Shown: positions 34,161 to 44,505 of the stretch, piece after piece
Numbering within the stretch: the stretch's first letter is position 1
Layout of the letters: each line of letters opens with the position of its first letter
Source of the DNA: Candidatus Omnitrophota bacterium
GTDB lineage: Bacteria > Omnitrophota > Gorgyraeia > Aquiviventales > JACQRC01
Length of the DNA: 64,000 nucleotides
Assembly: GCA_016206665.1 (NCBI GenBank)
Contig: JACQRC010000089.1
Location: forward strand, 8,393-72,392
Reading direction: 5' to 3'
Notes under the pieces: generated by a model
The model's input: the letters and a program-made list of their open reading frames with translations, nothing else
Told to the model about the DNA's origin: nothing
Databases searched by the model: none
Position numbers and translations under genes: made by a program

Positions 34161-36514
34161 CCCCTGCGCCCCAGGCCACCCCGGCGGTCCTTGGAGTCGT
34201 GGTGTCGCAGTTTCCCGAGCTCCATGAGACCTTCATCACCCGCGAACTGGCGGCGCTGCGCGACGCGGGAGTGGTCCTCCGGATCTATTCCCTCAAGCGC
34301 TGCCGTGACCGCTTCATCCACGCGGAGGCCCAAACGCTTCTCTCGTGCACCGTCTATCTCCCGTGGGACCAGGTCCGGGTGTGGTGGCGCGCCGCGGTGG
34401 AGCTCGCGCGGCATCCCTGGCAGGCCGCGACCACCCTCGGCTGGACGCTCAGACATCACGCCTGGCCACCGAGGACGGTCGCCAAGGCCCTCGTCGTCTG
34501 GGTCCAGGCCATGGCGCTGGCGCGCCAGATGCGCCGCGACGGGGTGGCGCGTCTGCACGCCCACTGGGCGACGATGCCGGCGACCGCCGCCGCGATTGCG
34601 GCGCGGTGGCTGAGGCTGAGCTGGAGTTTCACCGCCCATGCGTGGGACCTCTTCGTGCCGAATCCATCGCTGGCTGCCAAGGTGCGGCTGGCGGACCGGG
34701 TCTTGACGTGCACCGCGTACAACCGCGCCCATCTCGCGCGGATCTGCCCGGACGCGCAGGACAAGATGCTCCTGAACTATCACGGCGTGGATCTCGCGCG
34801 CTTCACACGCGCACCCGCGGCAGCGTCGGCCGGCGCGCCCCTGCTGCTGTCCATCGGCCGTCTCGTCGAGACGAAGGGGTTTGACACGCTCTTGGAGGCG
34901 TACCATCGGCTGCGCCGGCGTGGCGTAGCGTTCCGCGCGGTCATCATCGGCGAAGGGCCTGGGCACCGGCGCCTGCAGCGGCAGATCGAGGCGTTCGGCC
35001 TCGCGGACAGCGTCGAGCTGCGGCCCGTCGCGGGTCAGGAAGCGCTGCGTCAATGGTACGCCGACGCCTTCGCCTTCGTCCTGCCCTGCGCGGTCGCGCG
35101 CAATGGCGACCGCGATGGGATTCCCAATGTCATCCTCGAGGCGATGGCGATGGGCAAGCCCGTCATCTCGACGACCATCTCGGGTGTGCCGGAAGCCGTC
35201 CAAGACCAGCACACGGGGCTCCTGGTGCCGCCCGCCCGGCCGGACCTGTTGGCCGATGTGCTGGCGTGGCTGCTCGAGCGGCCGCAACTTGCGCAGGTCA
35301 TGGGACAGGAGGGGCGGCGGTGGGTCGAGCGGCACTTCGATGATCGCATCCATGCGCAGCGCCTGGTCACGCACATGAAGGCGTTGTGCGAGCCACGCCC
35401 CCGGAAGGTCATGTACCTCATCTGGTCGCTCGAGGTGGGCGGGGCGGAGCGGGTGGTGGTCTCTCTGGCTCAAGGTTTGGATCGGCGTCGGTTTACCCCG
35501 TTAGTGGTCTGCCTGAATCAGGCGGGTCGGCTCGCGGAGCTCCTCCGGCGGCAGGGCGTCGAGGTGGTGGCGCTCCATAAGCGACCGGGGATCGATCTGG
35601 TCCTGCTCTGGCGGCTGACGCGACTGATGCGCCGCACCCGCCCCGCCATCGTGCACACCCACCTGTGGGGGGCGAACTTCTGGGGACGATGGGCGGCGCG
35701 GCTCGCGGCCGTCCCCATCATCATCGCGCACGAACACGGGATGCAGCCCTGGCGGGGTCGCCTGCACTTCCGGCTGGACCGGTGGCTTGCCGGCGTGACG
35801 CGCCGGGTGCTGTTCGTCTCCCGCGAAGTGCTGGCCGGCTATGTCGAGCGCATCGGCATCGCTCCGGCGCGCTGCACACTGGTCCCGAATGGTGTGGCCT
35901 GTGAGGGGCTGCCCGACGATCGGGCGCGGCTCCGGCAACAATTGGGGTGGGGGGCCGACGACCGCGTGATTATCAACGTGGGCCGCCTGTCACCCGAGAA
36001 GGGCCACGCGGACCTGTTGGAGGCCTTCGCCATGATCGTGCAGCACGTCCGGCGGGCCCGCCTCATCCTGGTGGGTGATGGCCCGCAGCGTCCTGCCCTG
36101 GAGCGGTTGCAGGAGCGCCTGCACCTGAATGGTGAAGTCACGTATGCGCGGACCCAGGAGGACGTCACGCGGTGGCTGGCGGCGGCGGATGTCTATGTCC
36201 AGCCGTCGCGGCGTGAGGGATTGCCGCTGGCGGTGTTAGAGGCGATGGCGACGGGACTGCCCGTCATCGCGACGCGCGTGGGCGACGTCGAGCGGCTGAT
36301 CACCGACGGCCACGACGGGTATCTCGTGCCGGCGGGGGATCCGTATGTGCTGGCGACCAAACTGTTGGCGGTCCTTCGCGAGCCCGACGGCCACCGCGCC
36401 ATGGCGGCGCAGGCCCAGCGGCTGGTGCGGTCCCGGTATTCGAGCGACCACATGCTGCGGGCCGTCGTGGCCATCTATGAGGAGGAACTGGCGCGATGGG
36501 GTGGGCCGCGGTGA
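34157..36514 (+). CDS. tandem GT4-GT4 fusion glycosyltransferase (785 aa)
   Basis: There are two complete GT4 modules, each with its own EAMAxGxPV(I/V) motif: EAMAMGKPVISTTISGVPEAV at ~aa 335 and EAMATGLPVIATRVGDVERLI at ~aa 715. Confidence 0.7.
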   Translation: MTPAPQATPAVLGVVVSQFPELHETFITRELAALRDAGVVLRIYSLKRCRDRFIHAEAQTLLSCTVYLPWDQVRVWWRAAVELARHPWQAATTLGWTLRHHAWPPRTVAKALVVWVQAMALARQMRRDGVARLHAHWATMPATAAAIAARWLRLSWSFTAHAWDLFVPNPSLAAKVRLADRVLTCTAYNRAHLARICPDAQDKMLLNYHGVDLARFTRAPAAASAGAPLLLSIGRLVETKGFDTLLEAYHRLRRRGVAFRAVIIGEGPGHRRLQRQIEAFGLADSVELRPVAGQEALRQWYADAFAFVLPCAVARNGDRDGIPNVILEAMAMGKPVISTTISGVPEAVQDQHTGLLVPPARPDLLADVLAWLLERPQLAQVMGQEGRRWVERHFDDRIHAQRLVTHMKALCEPRPRKVMYLIWSLEVGGAERVVVSLAQGLDRRRFTPLVVCLNQAGRLAELLRRQGVEVVALHKRPGIDLVLLWRLTRLMRRTRPAIVHTHLWGANFWGRWAARLAAVPIIIAHEHGMQPWRGRLHFRLDRWLAGVTRRVLFVSREVLAGYVERIGIAPARCTLVPNGVACEGLPDDRARLRQQLGWGADDRVIINVGRLSPEKGHADLLEAFAMIVQHVRRARLILVGDGPQRPALERLQERLHLNGEVTYARTQEDVTRWLAAADVYVQPSRREGLPLAVLEAMATGLPVIATRVGDVERLITDGHDGYLVPAGDPYVLATKLLAVLREPDGHRAMAAQAQRLVRSRYSSDHMLRAVVAIYEEELARWGGPR

Positions 36515-37914
36515 GCCGTTTAGCGCAACGTCGGCGTCTCGCCATCGTCATCGCCGTGGTCGTGGTGGCCGCGACGGCCGCCTGGGCCGACGCGCGCTAT
36601 CCCTGGGTGTGGGCGTATCTCGGCGACCAACTGCAGCCGCGGGCCACCGCCACGCCGGCCGGTCCGATCCATGTGATGTTTACGTTCGCCGATCACTTTG
36701 AACCGCATGAGCAGGCGACGATGGACCGGTGGCTTCAGGACTACCCCACCGTCGCCCGCCGCCACCGGGACGCGGACGGCCGCCATCCGCAGCATACCTG
36801 GTTCTGGTACTTCGGCCACTCGGATGAGGCGGAGTCCCGGCGGTTTCTGCGGTCGCTGGCGCAGTTGACCTACGCAGGCTTCGGCGAGGTGGAGCTGCAT
36901 CTGCATCATCGGGGGGACAACGAGCAAACCTTCCTCGACAAAATGGCCCGCATGCTCCGGCTCTCGCAGGAGGCCGGGGCGATGATCACGGCAGAGCCAC
37001 GCCCACGCACCGCCTTCGGATTCATCCACGGATTGTGGGCGCTGGACAATTCGCGCCATGGCGAGGCGTGCGGCGTCAACAACGAGCTCATCCTCCTCAA
37101 GCGGTTGGGCTGTTATGCGGACTTCACCCACCCCTCGTGGGGTCCCATGCATCCGCGGATGGTCAACCGGCTGTACTACGCGACCGACGATCCGCAGCGC
37201 CCCAAGTCCTATGACACCGGCACCGTGCTGCGGGTCGGCAAACCTGCGGCCGGGGACCTGCTCATCTTTGAAGGCCCCAGCGTCGTGCGGTGGCAAGGGT
37301 GGCGGCCGGTCTATGACCATGGCGATGTGACCATGGTGGACCTGGCCACGCCCGAGCGCATCGATGCGTGGATCCGAACCGGCATCCACGTCCCGGGCCG
37401 GCCGGCGTGGCTCTTCGTCAAAGTCTTCACGCATGGCGCCGTGGCGCGCGACCACGACGCGGTGTTGGGGGCATGGGCCGACCGGCTCTTTGCCTACCTG
37501 GAGGAGCATTACAACGACGGCCGGCGCTATGTCCTACATTACGTCACTGCGCGGGAAGCCTACAACATTGCCAAGGCCGCCGAAGCGGGGCAGACCGGCG
37601 ATCCGAACGGCTATCGTGATTTTCTGGTGCCGCCCTATGTCAACCGCTTCCTGACGGCCTCGGTGCCTTACGAGGTGCTGGCGATGGATGGGACGACGAC
37701 CGTGGTGAAATTTCTGGCCGCTTCGGACCAACCGGTTCAGGTGCAGCTGCATGCCGACCGGGTGGCCGTGACGGGCGGGGCGGTCGTTACCGCCGCCGAG
37801 CGCTCCGCCGCACGCGGCGGGACGGCCCTCACGCTGACGCTGCAGGGCGAGGGCATCGTGACCTTCAGCGCCGAACCGCGCTCCATCGCGAGCGGGGAGG
37901 CGCCCCATGGCTGA
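36496..37914 (+). CDS. hypothetical exported/membrane-anchored protein, possibly hydrolase or deacetylase-like
   Basis: N-terminal signal anchor and His-rich segments (ADHFEPHE, ELHLHHRGDN). No confident family assignment. Confidence 0.35.
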   Translation: MGWAAVSRLAQRRRLAIVIAVVVVAATAAWADARYPWVWAYLGDQLQPRATATPAGPIHVMFTFADHFEPHEQATMDRWLQDYPTVARRHRDADGRHPQHTWFWYFGHSDEAESRRFLRSLAQLTYAGFGEVELHLHHRGDNEQTFLDKMARMLRLSQEAGAMITAEPRPRTAFGFIHGLWALDNSRHGEACGVNNELILLKRLGCYADFTHPSWGPMHPRMVNRLYYATDDPQRPKSYDTGTVLRVGKPAAGDLLIFEGPSVVRWQGWRPVYDHGDVTMVDLATPERIDAWIRTGIHVPGRPAWLFVKVFTHGAVARDHDAVLGAWADRLFAYLEEHYNDGRRYVLHYVTAREAYNIAKAAEAGQTGDPNGYRDFLVPPYVNRFLTASVPYEVLAMDGTTTVVKFLAASDQPVQVQLHADRVAVTGGAVVTAAERSAARGGTALTLTLQGEGIVTFSAEPRSIASGEAPHG

Positions 37915-39046
37915 GAGGCCCTGCACGGTGGCCTACATCATCGATGACCTCGGCCTGGGCGGCGCCCAGCGGCAGCTCGTCGAGCTCATCAAGGTCCTGC
38001 CCCGCGAGCGGTATACCGCGCATGTCATCAGTTTGTCGATGGAACAGGTCGCTTATGCGCCGGCGCTGCGCGCCGCGCGGGTTCCGCTGACGCTGATCGC
38101 GCACCGGGGCGCGTGGTCGTGGGGGACGCTGGTGGCGGTCTACCGCGCGCTGCGGCAGATGCGCCCGACCATCGTGCATACCTGGCTCTTCACCGCCGGG
38201 CTGTACGGCCGGGTGGCGGCGTGGCTGGGCCGGGTGCCGGTCATCCTCTGCGCCATCCGCAGCGTGGAGGACGACAAACCCCGCCATTACGTGGCGGTCG
38301 ACCGCGTCCTGCGCCACGTCACCCAGGCCTTCACCGTGAATGCCCGCGCCATCGGCGAGGTCTTGGCACGACGGGAGCGCGTTCCTGCGGAGCGCATTGT
38401 GACCATTTACAACGGGGTCGACCTGCAGGCATTCCAACCCTCGCCGGATGGGGCCATCCGGCGCCGGCTGGGCCTCCAGAGCGAGAACCCCCTCGTGGGC
38501 ATCGTCGGCCGGCTCGCCCCGGTCAAGGATCACGAGACCTTTCTTCAGGCCGTCGCGCGCATCGCCGCGACGCTGCCGTCGGCGCGGTTCCTCGTCGTGG
38601 GCGATGGGCCTCGGCAGGCGGCGCTGCAGGCGCTGGCCCAGACGCTGGGCCTCGCCGACCGGCTCTGGTTTTGGCCGAGTCAGTCGCGGGTCGCCGACAT
38701 CCTGGCGGCGTTGGATGTGGTCGTCGTCAGTTCGCGCTATGAAGGTTGCAGCAATGTCATCCTGGAGGCGATGGCGATGGGCAAGCCGGTCGTGGCCACC
38801 GCCGTCGGCGGCAATCCCGAATTGGTGCTCGCCGGCGCAACCGGCGAACTGGTGCCCCCGCAAGACCCCAGCAGTTTGGCCGACCGCGTGGTGCAGTTAC
38901 TGAGCCATCCGCAGCGCGCCCGCGCCATGGGGGCGGCGGCTCGCCAGCGCATCACCGCCCGATTCGGCCTCGACCAGATGGTGGCTCAGATGACGGCGTG
39001 GTACGACACCGTCGTGGCAGCGCAAGAAGCGAGGAGCGGACGATGA
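37907..39046 (+). CDS. glycosyltransferase family 4
   Basis: EAMAMGKPVVATAVGGNPELV GT4 signature and N-terminal GT4-like domain (IIDDLGLGGAQR). Confidence 0.8.
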   Translation: MAERPCTVAYIIDDLGLGGAQRQLVELIKVLPRERYTAHVISLSMEQVAYAPALRAARVPLTLIAHRGAWSWGTLVAVYRALRQMRPTIVHTWLFTAGLYGRVAAWLGRVPVILCAIRSVEDDKPRHYVAVDRVLRHVTQAFTVNARAIGEVLARRERVPAERIVTIYNGVDLQAFQPSPDGAIRRRLGLQSENPLVGIVGRLAPVKDHETFLQAVARIAATLPSARFLVVGDGPRQAALQALAQTLGLADRLWFWPSQSRVADILAALDVVVVSSRYEGCSNVILEAMAMGKPVVATAVGGNPELVLAGATGELVPPQDPSSLADRVVQLLSHPQRARAMGAAARQRITARFGLDQMVAQMTAWYDTVVAAQEARSGR

Positions 39047-41322
39047 TGAAACAGGTGATGATGCGGTACGGGATCACCCTCCTGATCGGCGTCGCCATCG
39101 GTTCGTGGCTAGCCGAACCGAAGCGGGGGGACGTCGTGGCGCCGTCGCACCCAGCGGTCGCGCGGTCCGGCGGCTCCGAGGCGCCGGCGGCGGTCAAGAC
39201 GCCCCAGGGCGCGCTGTTCCTCGCCGACTTCGAGACGGACCGTGATCTGGAGGCGTGGGAGCGTCGCGACGTCGAGGCCAGCCGGGTCTCCGAACATGCG
39301 ACCCACGGCACCTTCGCGGCCAAGGTCACCTTCCAGGAGGGCCAAGCGCCGGCCTTCATGCTGGAGGATCTGTTCGACCGTCAGCCGGCGCTCCGGGACT
39401 GGCGCGGCTATGCGACGCTGCGGTTCGACCTCTACAACGTGCAGTCGAACCAACAGCGTCTCATCCTCAAGATCAAGGACCGCGATGGCCGCGCGTACAG
39501 CGAAGACCTGTATGTCAACGGCAACAGCGCGGAACCGGTGTCGATCCGTCTCGACGACCTCCAGGCGTACGTGAACGTCGGCCACATTGCCCAGTTCAAC
39601 CTGTTCCGCTGGAAGCCGCGCGGCGTGGGAACCTTCTACCTGGATGCTGTCCGCCTCGAGCCGGCCGGACGAAGTACCGCGGCTCCGGTACCGGCGCCCG
39701 TCGTCGCAGCAGCACCGCGCGTGGCATCAGGCGGTCCGTGGCAGATCGCCTGGACCTCAGGGACCACCAAGGTGCTGCGCGATCCGGCAGCCTTCCAGGG
39801 CCACACGACGAACCCGGTGCAGCTCTTCCTGGCCCGCCAGGAATATGAGAGCGCCCAACTGGTCCTCATTGGTGGAGCGGAGTCGGCGCACGTCACTGTC
39901 GCGGTCGGTCCGCTGACCCATACCGACGGCCACACGGCCTGGCCGTCTGACACCGTGGAGGTGCGTCGGGTCGACTATGTGCGCACGCGGCCGCCCTATT
40001 ATCCGGTGACCCACGTCGGCGAGTGGCCCGATCCGCTGCCGCTGGCCGGCGCCGTGGATGTGCCGGCCAATCAGGTGCAGCCGGTCTGGCTCACGATCTA
40101 CGCTCCCGCGGCGCTGCCGGCCGGTCGCTATGAGGGGACCATCACGCTCACCGACGACCACGGCCGCCGCGAGCAGGTCGCCCTGCAGGTCACGGTCTGG
40201 GACTTTACCCTGCCGCGCACATCGCACCTCAAGACGGCATTTGACTTCTACCGCTCGCGTCTGATCCAAGCGTACCGCGAGTTCGTGCCCGGCGGAGCCG
40301 CATGGGAAGGTCGTCTCGACGAGCTGCAGCGTCGGTACCTGGTGGAGATGCTCCGCTACCGCCTCAGCCCCGTCTGGGGGGCGGATCCCGCCCGGACGTC
40401 GTTTGCCGCCGACGTGCAGAACTATCTGCAGGAGGGCCTGACGGTCTTCGGCGTGGGCAGCCGCGGCGGCAGCAACGGCAACAACTGGCCCAAGGATCCT
40501 GCAGGCCTCGCGCAGGTGATGACGTGGTACGGCCAGGCGGCGTCGGCGTTGCGACGCCAGCAACTGCTGGACCGGAGCTACATCTACACCTACGACGAGC
40601 CCAAGCCGGGCAACCCGCACGTCGCCGAGGTCATGGCGGCGATCCACCAGGTCGATCCAGGGCTCAAGAATCTCCTGGTGATGCACGAGGCCCCGGACCC
40701 CGCGGTGTACGCCGACTGGCTCAAGGACGCCGACATCCTCTGCATCCGCCTGGCGGCGCTCAGCCCGGAGCTCGCGCAGCGGTATCGTTCACTGGGCAAG
40801 GAGCTGTGGATGTACGTCTCTTCGCCCAGCCACCCGGTGCCAGCACTCGTCATCGATTACCCCGCGATCGCGGCGCGGATTTTACCCTGGATGGCGTGGA
40901 AGTATCAGGCGACGGGGCTGCTCTACTGGTGCGTCAACTTCTGGCAGGGCGATCCCTGGCAGAACCCCGCCAGTTTCAAGGAGGACCAAAACGGCAACGG
41001 CTTTCTCTTTTATCCCACGGCGGACGGGCCGGTGCCCTCCATTCGGTCGGCCGCCCTGCGTGATGGCATGGAAGATTACGAGTATCTCTATTTGTTGAGC
41101 CAGTTGGTGGCCCAGGCCAAGGCCGACGGCCGTCACGAGCCGGCCCTCGTGGCCGAGGCCGAGCGGCTGACCGCCATCGATCCTGCGCTGCTGGAATCGG
41201 CCCGGAGCTACACGAAGGATGCCGACGTGCTGCTGGCTCAGCGCCAGGCGATCGCGGCGATGATCGTGAAATTCCAGCCACCGTCCGCCGCCGCACCAGC
41301 TCCGACGACCCCAGGCGCCTGA
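39043..41322 (+). CDS. large secreted/membrane-anchored hypothetical protein (~759 aa), possibly glycoside-hydrolase-like
   Basis: ATG at 39043 (ATGA overlap with the upstream GT4) and an N-terminal TM (ITLLIGVAIGSW). The ORF-track start at 38746 is probably too far upstream. No confident motif; such proteins are common in EPS loci. Confidence 0.4.
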   Translation: MMKQVMMRYGITLLIGVAIGSWLAEPKRGDVVAPSHPAVARSGGSEAPAAVKTPQGALFLADFETDRDLEAWERRDVEASRVSEHATHGTFAAKVTFQEGQAPAFMLEDLFDRQPALRDWRGYATLRFDLYNVQSNQQRLILKIKDRDGRAYSEDLYVNGNSAEPVSIRLDDLQAYVNVGHIAQFNLFRWKPRGVGTFYLDAVRLEPAGRSTAAPVPAPVVAAAPRVASGGPWQIAWTSGTTKVLRDPAAFQGHTTNPVQLFLARQEYESAQLVLIGGAESAHVTVAVGPLTHTDGHTAWPSDTVEVRRVDYVRTRPPYYPVTHVGEWPDPLPLAGAVDVPANQVQPVWLTIYAPAALPAGRYEGTITLTDDHGRREQVALQVTVWDFTLPRTSHLKTAFDFYRSRLIQAYREFVPGGAAWEGRLDELQRRYLVEMLRYRLSPVWGADPARTSFAADVQNYLQEGLTVFGVGSRGGSNGNNWPKDPAGLAQVMTWYGQAASALRRQQLLDRSYIYTYDEPKPGNPHVAEVMAAIHQVDPGLKNLLVMHEAPDPAVYADWLKDADILCIRLAALSPELAQRYRSLGKELWMYVSSPSHPVPALVIDYPAIAARILPWMAWKYQATGLLYWCVNFWQGDPWQNPASFKEDQNGNGFLFYPTADGPVPSIRSAALRDGMEDYEYLYLLSQLVAQAKADGRHEPALVAEAERLTAIDPALLESARSYTKDADVLLAQRQAIAAMIVKFQPPSAAAPAPTTPGA

Positions 41323-42107
41323 TGCGTATCGTTGCCTTGACCTTCCATGACATTGTCGCCGACGACCGGCCGCCCACCGCCAGCGAGGCCTTCTATCGGC
41401 TGACGGCGGAGGAGTTTGAACGGCTGCTCACCCAGTTGCGCAAGTTGGGATATCAGGCCGTCAGTTCCCGGACCTTCCGCGCCTGGCAAGGGGGGCAGAC
41501 CGCGCTGCCGGAGCGGAGCGTCGTGCTCACGTTTGATGACGGCTATGCCAGCCACTTCGAGGTGGTCGTGCCCTTGCTGCTGCGCTACCGGTTGACCGGC
41601 ACCTTCTTCGTGCCGGTCGCGCGCATCGGCCAGCCGGGCTACATGACCTGGGACCAGTTGCGGCGGCTGGTCTTCCTCGGGATGGAGATTGGTTCGCACG
41701 GCGTGACGCACCGGCCGCTGACGCAGCTCTCACGCGCCGAATTGGCGGAGGAACTGGGCGAGTCAAAACGCCGGCTGGAGGAGGAGCTGGGCATTCCCGT
41801 GCGGGCCCTGGCCGCGCCCGGCGGTTGTTGGAATCGCCGCATGGCCGGGGCAGTCCACGCGGCCGGTTACGAGGCCGCGTGGGTGTCGACGATCGGGACC
41901 AACGGCGCCGAGACGCAGCCGCTCGCGCTGCGACGCGTCGTGGCGCGGCAGCCCTTTTCGGCGCAGCGGCTCGTGGCGATGGTCGAAGGTTGGCAGCCCG
42001 CCTTCTGGTGGGCGGCGAACCAGCAGTTGCTGATTCGGTTGTTAAAGCGCCTCTTGGGCGTGTATGGGTATGAGCAGTTGAAACGGCGACTCGTGCCGAC
42101 GGCCTAG
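41322..42107 (+). CDS. polysaccharide deacetylase (carbohydrate esterase family 4)
   Basis: TFDDGY motif 1, plus His motifs (EIGSHGVTH) of NodB-type deacetylases. Confidence 0.8.
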   Translation: MRIVALTFHDIVADDRPPTASEAFYRLTAEEFERLLTQLRKLGYQAVSSRTFRAWQGGQTALPERSVVLTFDDGYASHFEVVVPLLLRYRLTGTFFVPVARIGQPGYMTWDQLRRLVFLGMEIGSHGVTHRPLTQLSRAELAEELGESKRRLEEELGIPVRALAAPGGCWNRRMAGAVHAAGYEAAWVSTIGTNGAETQPLALRRVVARQPFSAQRLVAMVEGWQPAFWWAANQQLLIRLLKRLLGVYGYEQLKRRLVPTA

Positions 42108-42109
42108 CC

Positions 42110-43246
42110 ATGACGACCCTGATCATCCTCTGCGGGGTTTCCCTGAGTGTCCTGCTCTACATCTATGCGGGCTATCCCATCGTGGTCTGGGTCTTGGCGC
42201 GGCTGTTCGGCCGGGAGCCGCGGCGTCGAGGCATCCTGCCGATGGTTTCGCTGCTGATTCCCGCTTACAACGAGGAGGCCCACATCGAGGCCAAGCTGCG
42301 CAACAGCCTGCGGCTCGATTACCCGCGCGACCGGCTGGAGATCGTCGTCGCCAGCGATGGTTCCACCGACCGCACCAATGACCTCGTCCGCCGGTTTCGC
42401 GGTCAGCGGGTGCGGCTCGTGGCGATGCGCCGACATGCGGGCAAGTCGGCGCTGGTCAACCTAACGCTGCCACGGCTGCGGGGCGAGGTCGTGGCCTTTT
42501 CGGATGTCTCGAGCGAACTGGAACGCGATGCGCTGCGCCGGCTCGTGCGGAGCTTTGCGGATCGCCGCGTCGGCTGCGTCTCCGGGCTGTATCGGCTGGG
42601 CCACACCGGCGACCTGCGTTCGCAGGGCGAAGGGCTCTACTGGCGCTACGAGACATTCATCAAGCGTCAGGAGAGCCGTCTCCATTCCATCCTGGGAGCC
42701 CACGGGGCCTTCTACGCGATTCGCCGGCCGCTCTTTCAGCCGCTCGACGACGCGGCGATCAATGACGACTATCTGATCCCCATGCGCATCGTGGCTCAGG
42801 GCTACCGGGCCGTGTACGAACCGCGCGCGGTAGCCTGGGAGCGTGAGCAGACGTCCGTGCGCGGCGAGTTTGCCCGCCGCCGGCGTATTGCGGTCGGCAA
42901 CTGCCAGCAGATCGTCACCCTGCGCCACCTGCTCCATCCCCGCCACGGCTGGCCGGCCTTTCTGTTTTTCTCGCACAAGGTGCTGCGCACCGCGGCCCCA
43001 CTCTTCATGTTGGCATTGGCGGTGTCGAGTCTGCAGGTGCCGACCCCATGGGCCGCGGTGTTAGTGGGCCTCCAAGCGCTGTTCTATGGCAGCGCCGTGG
43101 TCGGCTACCTCTGTCAGCGCCGGGGCCGGATGGTCAAGTGGCTCTCGCCGCCCCTGTACTTCTGTTTGGGCAATCTCGCCATGTTGGCCGGTCTCCTGAA
43201 GTACTCCTTCGACCGCCGACGACTCGTCTGGGAGCGCGCCCGGTAA
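42110..43246 (+). CDS. membrane glycosyltransferase family 2 (processive-type, PgaC/CESA-like)
   Basis: N-terminal TM, LIPAYNEE..VVASDGSTD..DxD and C-terminal TMs. The QxxRW region is degraded or absent. Confidence 0.65.
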   Translation: MTTLIILCGVSLSVLLYIYAGYPIVVWVLARLFGREPRRRGILPMVSLLIPAYNEEAHIEAKLRNSLRLDYPRDRLEIVVASDGSTDRTNDLVRRFRGQRVRLVAMRRHAGKSALVNLTLPRLRGEVVAFSDVSSELERDALRRLVRSFADRRVGCVSGLYRLGHTGDLRSQGEGLYWRYETFIKRQESRLHSILGAHGAFYAIRRPLFQPLDDAAINDDYLIPMRIVAQGYRAVYEPRAVAWEREQTSVRGEFARRRRIAVGNCQQIVTLRHLLHPRHGWPAFLFFSHKVLRTAAPLFMLALAVSSLQVPTPWAAVLVGLQALFYGSAVVGYLCQRRGRMVKWLSPPLYFCLGNLAMLAGLLKYSFDRRRLVWERAR

Positions 43247-43446
43247 CGAGGAAGGCCGGACGCGGCGCCCGTCTCGTTGTTGCATTCCTGCCCCCATCTG
43301 GGCACCATCTTGTCGGAGTTCTGCAACAAGGTGGTGTAGGGCAGGGGCGCTGGCCGTTCTCTGGGATTTAGACTGAGGCGATGAGGGCAGAACCCTATGT
43401 ATTCAAATAGGTTACTACAGAGAAATAGAATTCGTGTTGAGCCGAG

Positions 43447-43465
43447 TTGGCACAGAACGTGCTGA
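43447..43465 (+). promoter_or_regulatory. sigma54 promoter TTGGCAC-N5-GTGCT upstream of the PEP-CTERM gene
   Basis: GG at 43449-43450 and GC at 43461-43462 with a 10-nt gap. The first seven bases are a perfect TTGGCAC. It is nearly identical to 46293-46311. Confidence 0.6.
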
Positions 43466-43494
43466 ATACTTTAGGTAAGCCTTGTATTCTTTAA

Positions 43495-44385
43495 TTGGCG
43501 AAGACGAAGTTGTCTCTATACATTAACAAGTCAACAGAAGTTAGGAGTCACCAGCTGAGCGACAGGGTGAAAGGTCTGAGAATCGGACGGACGGTCAGCG
43601 CTTGGCTGCTGTCGATTGCGGTCGCCCCCATGGCGCATGCGTCGATTTTGGACCTGACCAGCGCCGGTTCATCCGGCTTCATCAACGGAGCGTTTTACCA
43701 GCAAATCGATCCCCAAGCGACCGGCACCGGCGCCATCAACTCGTTTGTCGAGATCGGCGATGCCACTCCAAGGACCGGCACGGTCGTCCACGCCTACAAC
43801 ACGACCGTCAACATGACGCTGGACAACGGTGCCAGCGACGTCTTCAACCACGCAATCATGATCACGGATGTGCCGCGGGTGACGATTGACGGCATCCAGT
43901 ATCGAGAGTTCTTGCTGGACATCAACCAGAATGCGAGTGACAATCCGTCCCTGCTCTCCCTCGATGAGATTCAGATTTTTCTCTCCGGCACGGCGAACCA
44001 GAGTGTCGAAACCTTCACCGGCGGGATTCTCGACCTGACCGATGCCAGCCTCGTCTATCGGCTCGATGCGGGCAGCGACAGCTGGATCAAGATGAACTAC
44101 ACCTTGAACCACGGCAGCGGCTCGGGCGACATGTTCGCCTACATTCCCGAAACCCTGTTCGCCAACGTCTACACGGGATCAAACAAGTTCGTCTATCTCT
44201 ACTCGCGCTTTGGCGAGAACCACGTCAACAATGACGGGTTCGAGGAATGGGCGGTGCGGGAAGGCGGCGGCCCAGAGCCGGGTCCCGACGCTGGTCCCAC
44301 CATTCCCGAGCCCACATCGCTGTTCCTGATGGGCACGGGACTCTTGAGCTGGTTGGGGGCCCGTCGCTTGCGCCTGGTGGCGTAG
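43495..44385 (+). CDS. PEP-CTERM sorting-domain protein (exosortase substrate)
   Basis: Signal peptide, then a C-terminal PEP-CTERM sorting domain: TIPEPTSLFLMGTGLLSWLGARRLR (PEP, TM, basic tail). Confidence 0.8.
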   Translation: MAKTKLSLYINKSTEVRSHQLSDRVKGLRIGRTVSAWLLSIAVAPMAHASILDLTSAGSSGFINGAFYQQIDPQATGTGAINSFVEIGDATPRTGTVVHAYNTTVNMTLDNGASDVFNHAIMITDVPRVTIDGIQYREFLLDINQNASDNPSLLSLDEIQIFLSGTANQSVETFTGGILDLTDASLVYRLDAGSDSWIKMNYTLNHGSGSGDMFAYIPETLFANVYTGSNKFVYLYSRFGENHVNNDGFEEWAVREGGGPEPGPDAGPTIPEPTSLFLMGTGLLSWLGARRLRLVA

Positions 44386-44505
44386 GGTGCGGCATGGCGA
44401 TCGGGTTGGCCCTGATGACGATGGTGCTGACCGCCTGGTGCCTCGTGCACTGTCATCGGTACGATCATTAACACTGACATCAACGGAGTAGCTTAGGAAA
44501 ACGAG

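Noticed and set aside
25686-40686. Other large antisense ORFs inside glycosyltransferase and phosphatase genes (for example 25686-26669, 32688-33968, 34079-35473, 36520-37509, 37865-38863 and 39757-40686, all on the minus strand)
   Set aside because: Same reasoning: no motifs and a composition driven by GC3-rich sense-strand codons. The sense genes carry clear family signatures.
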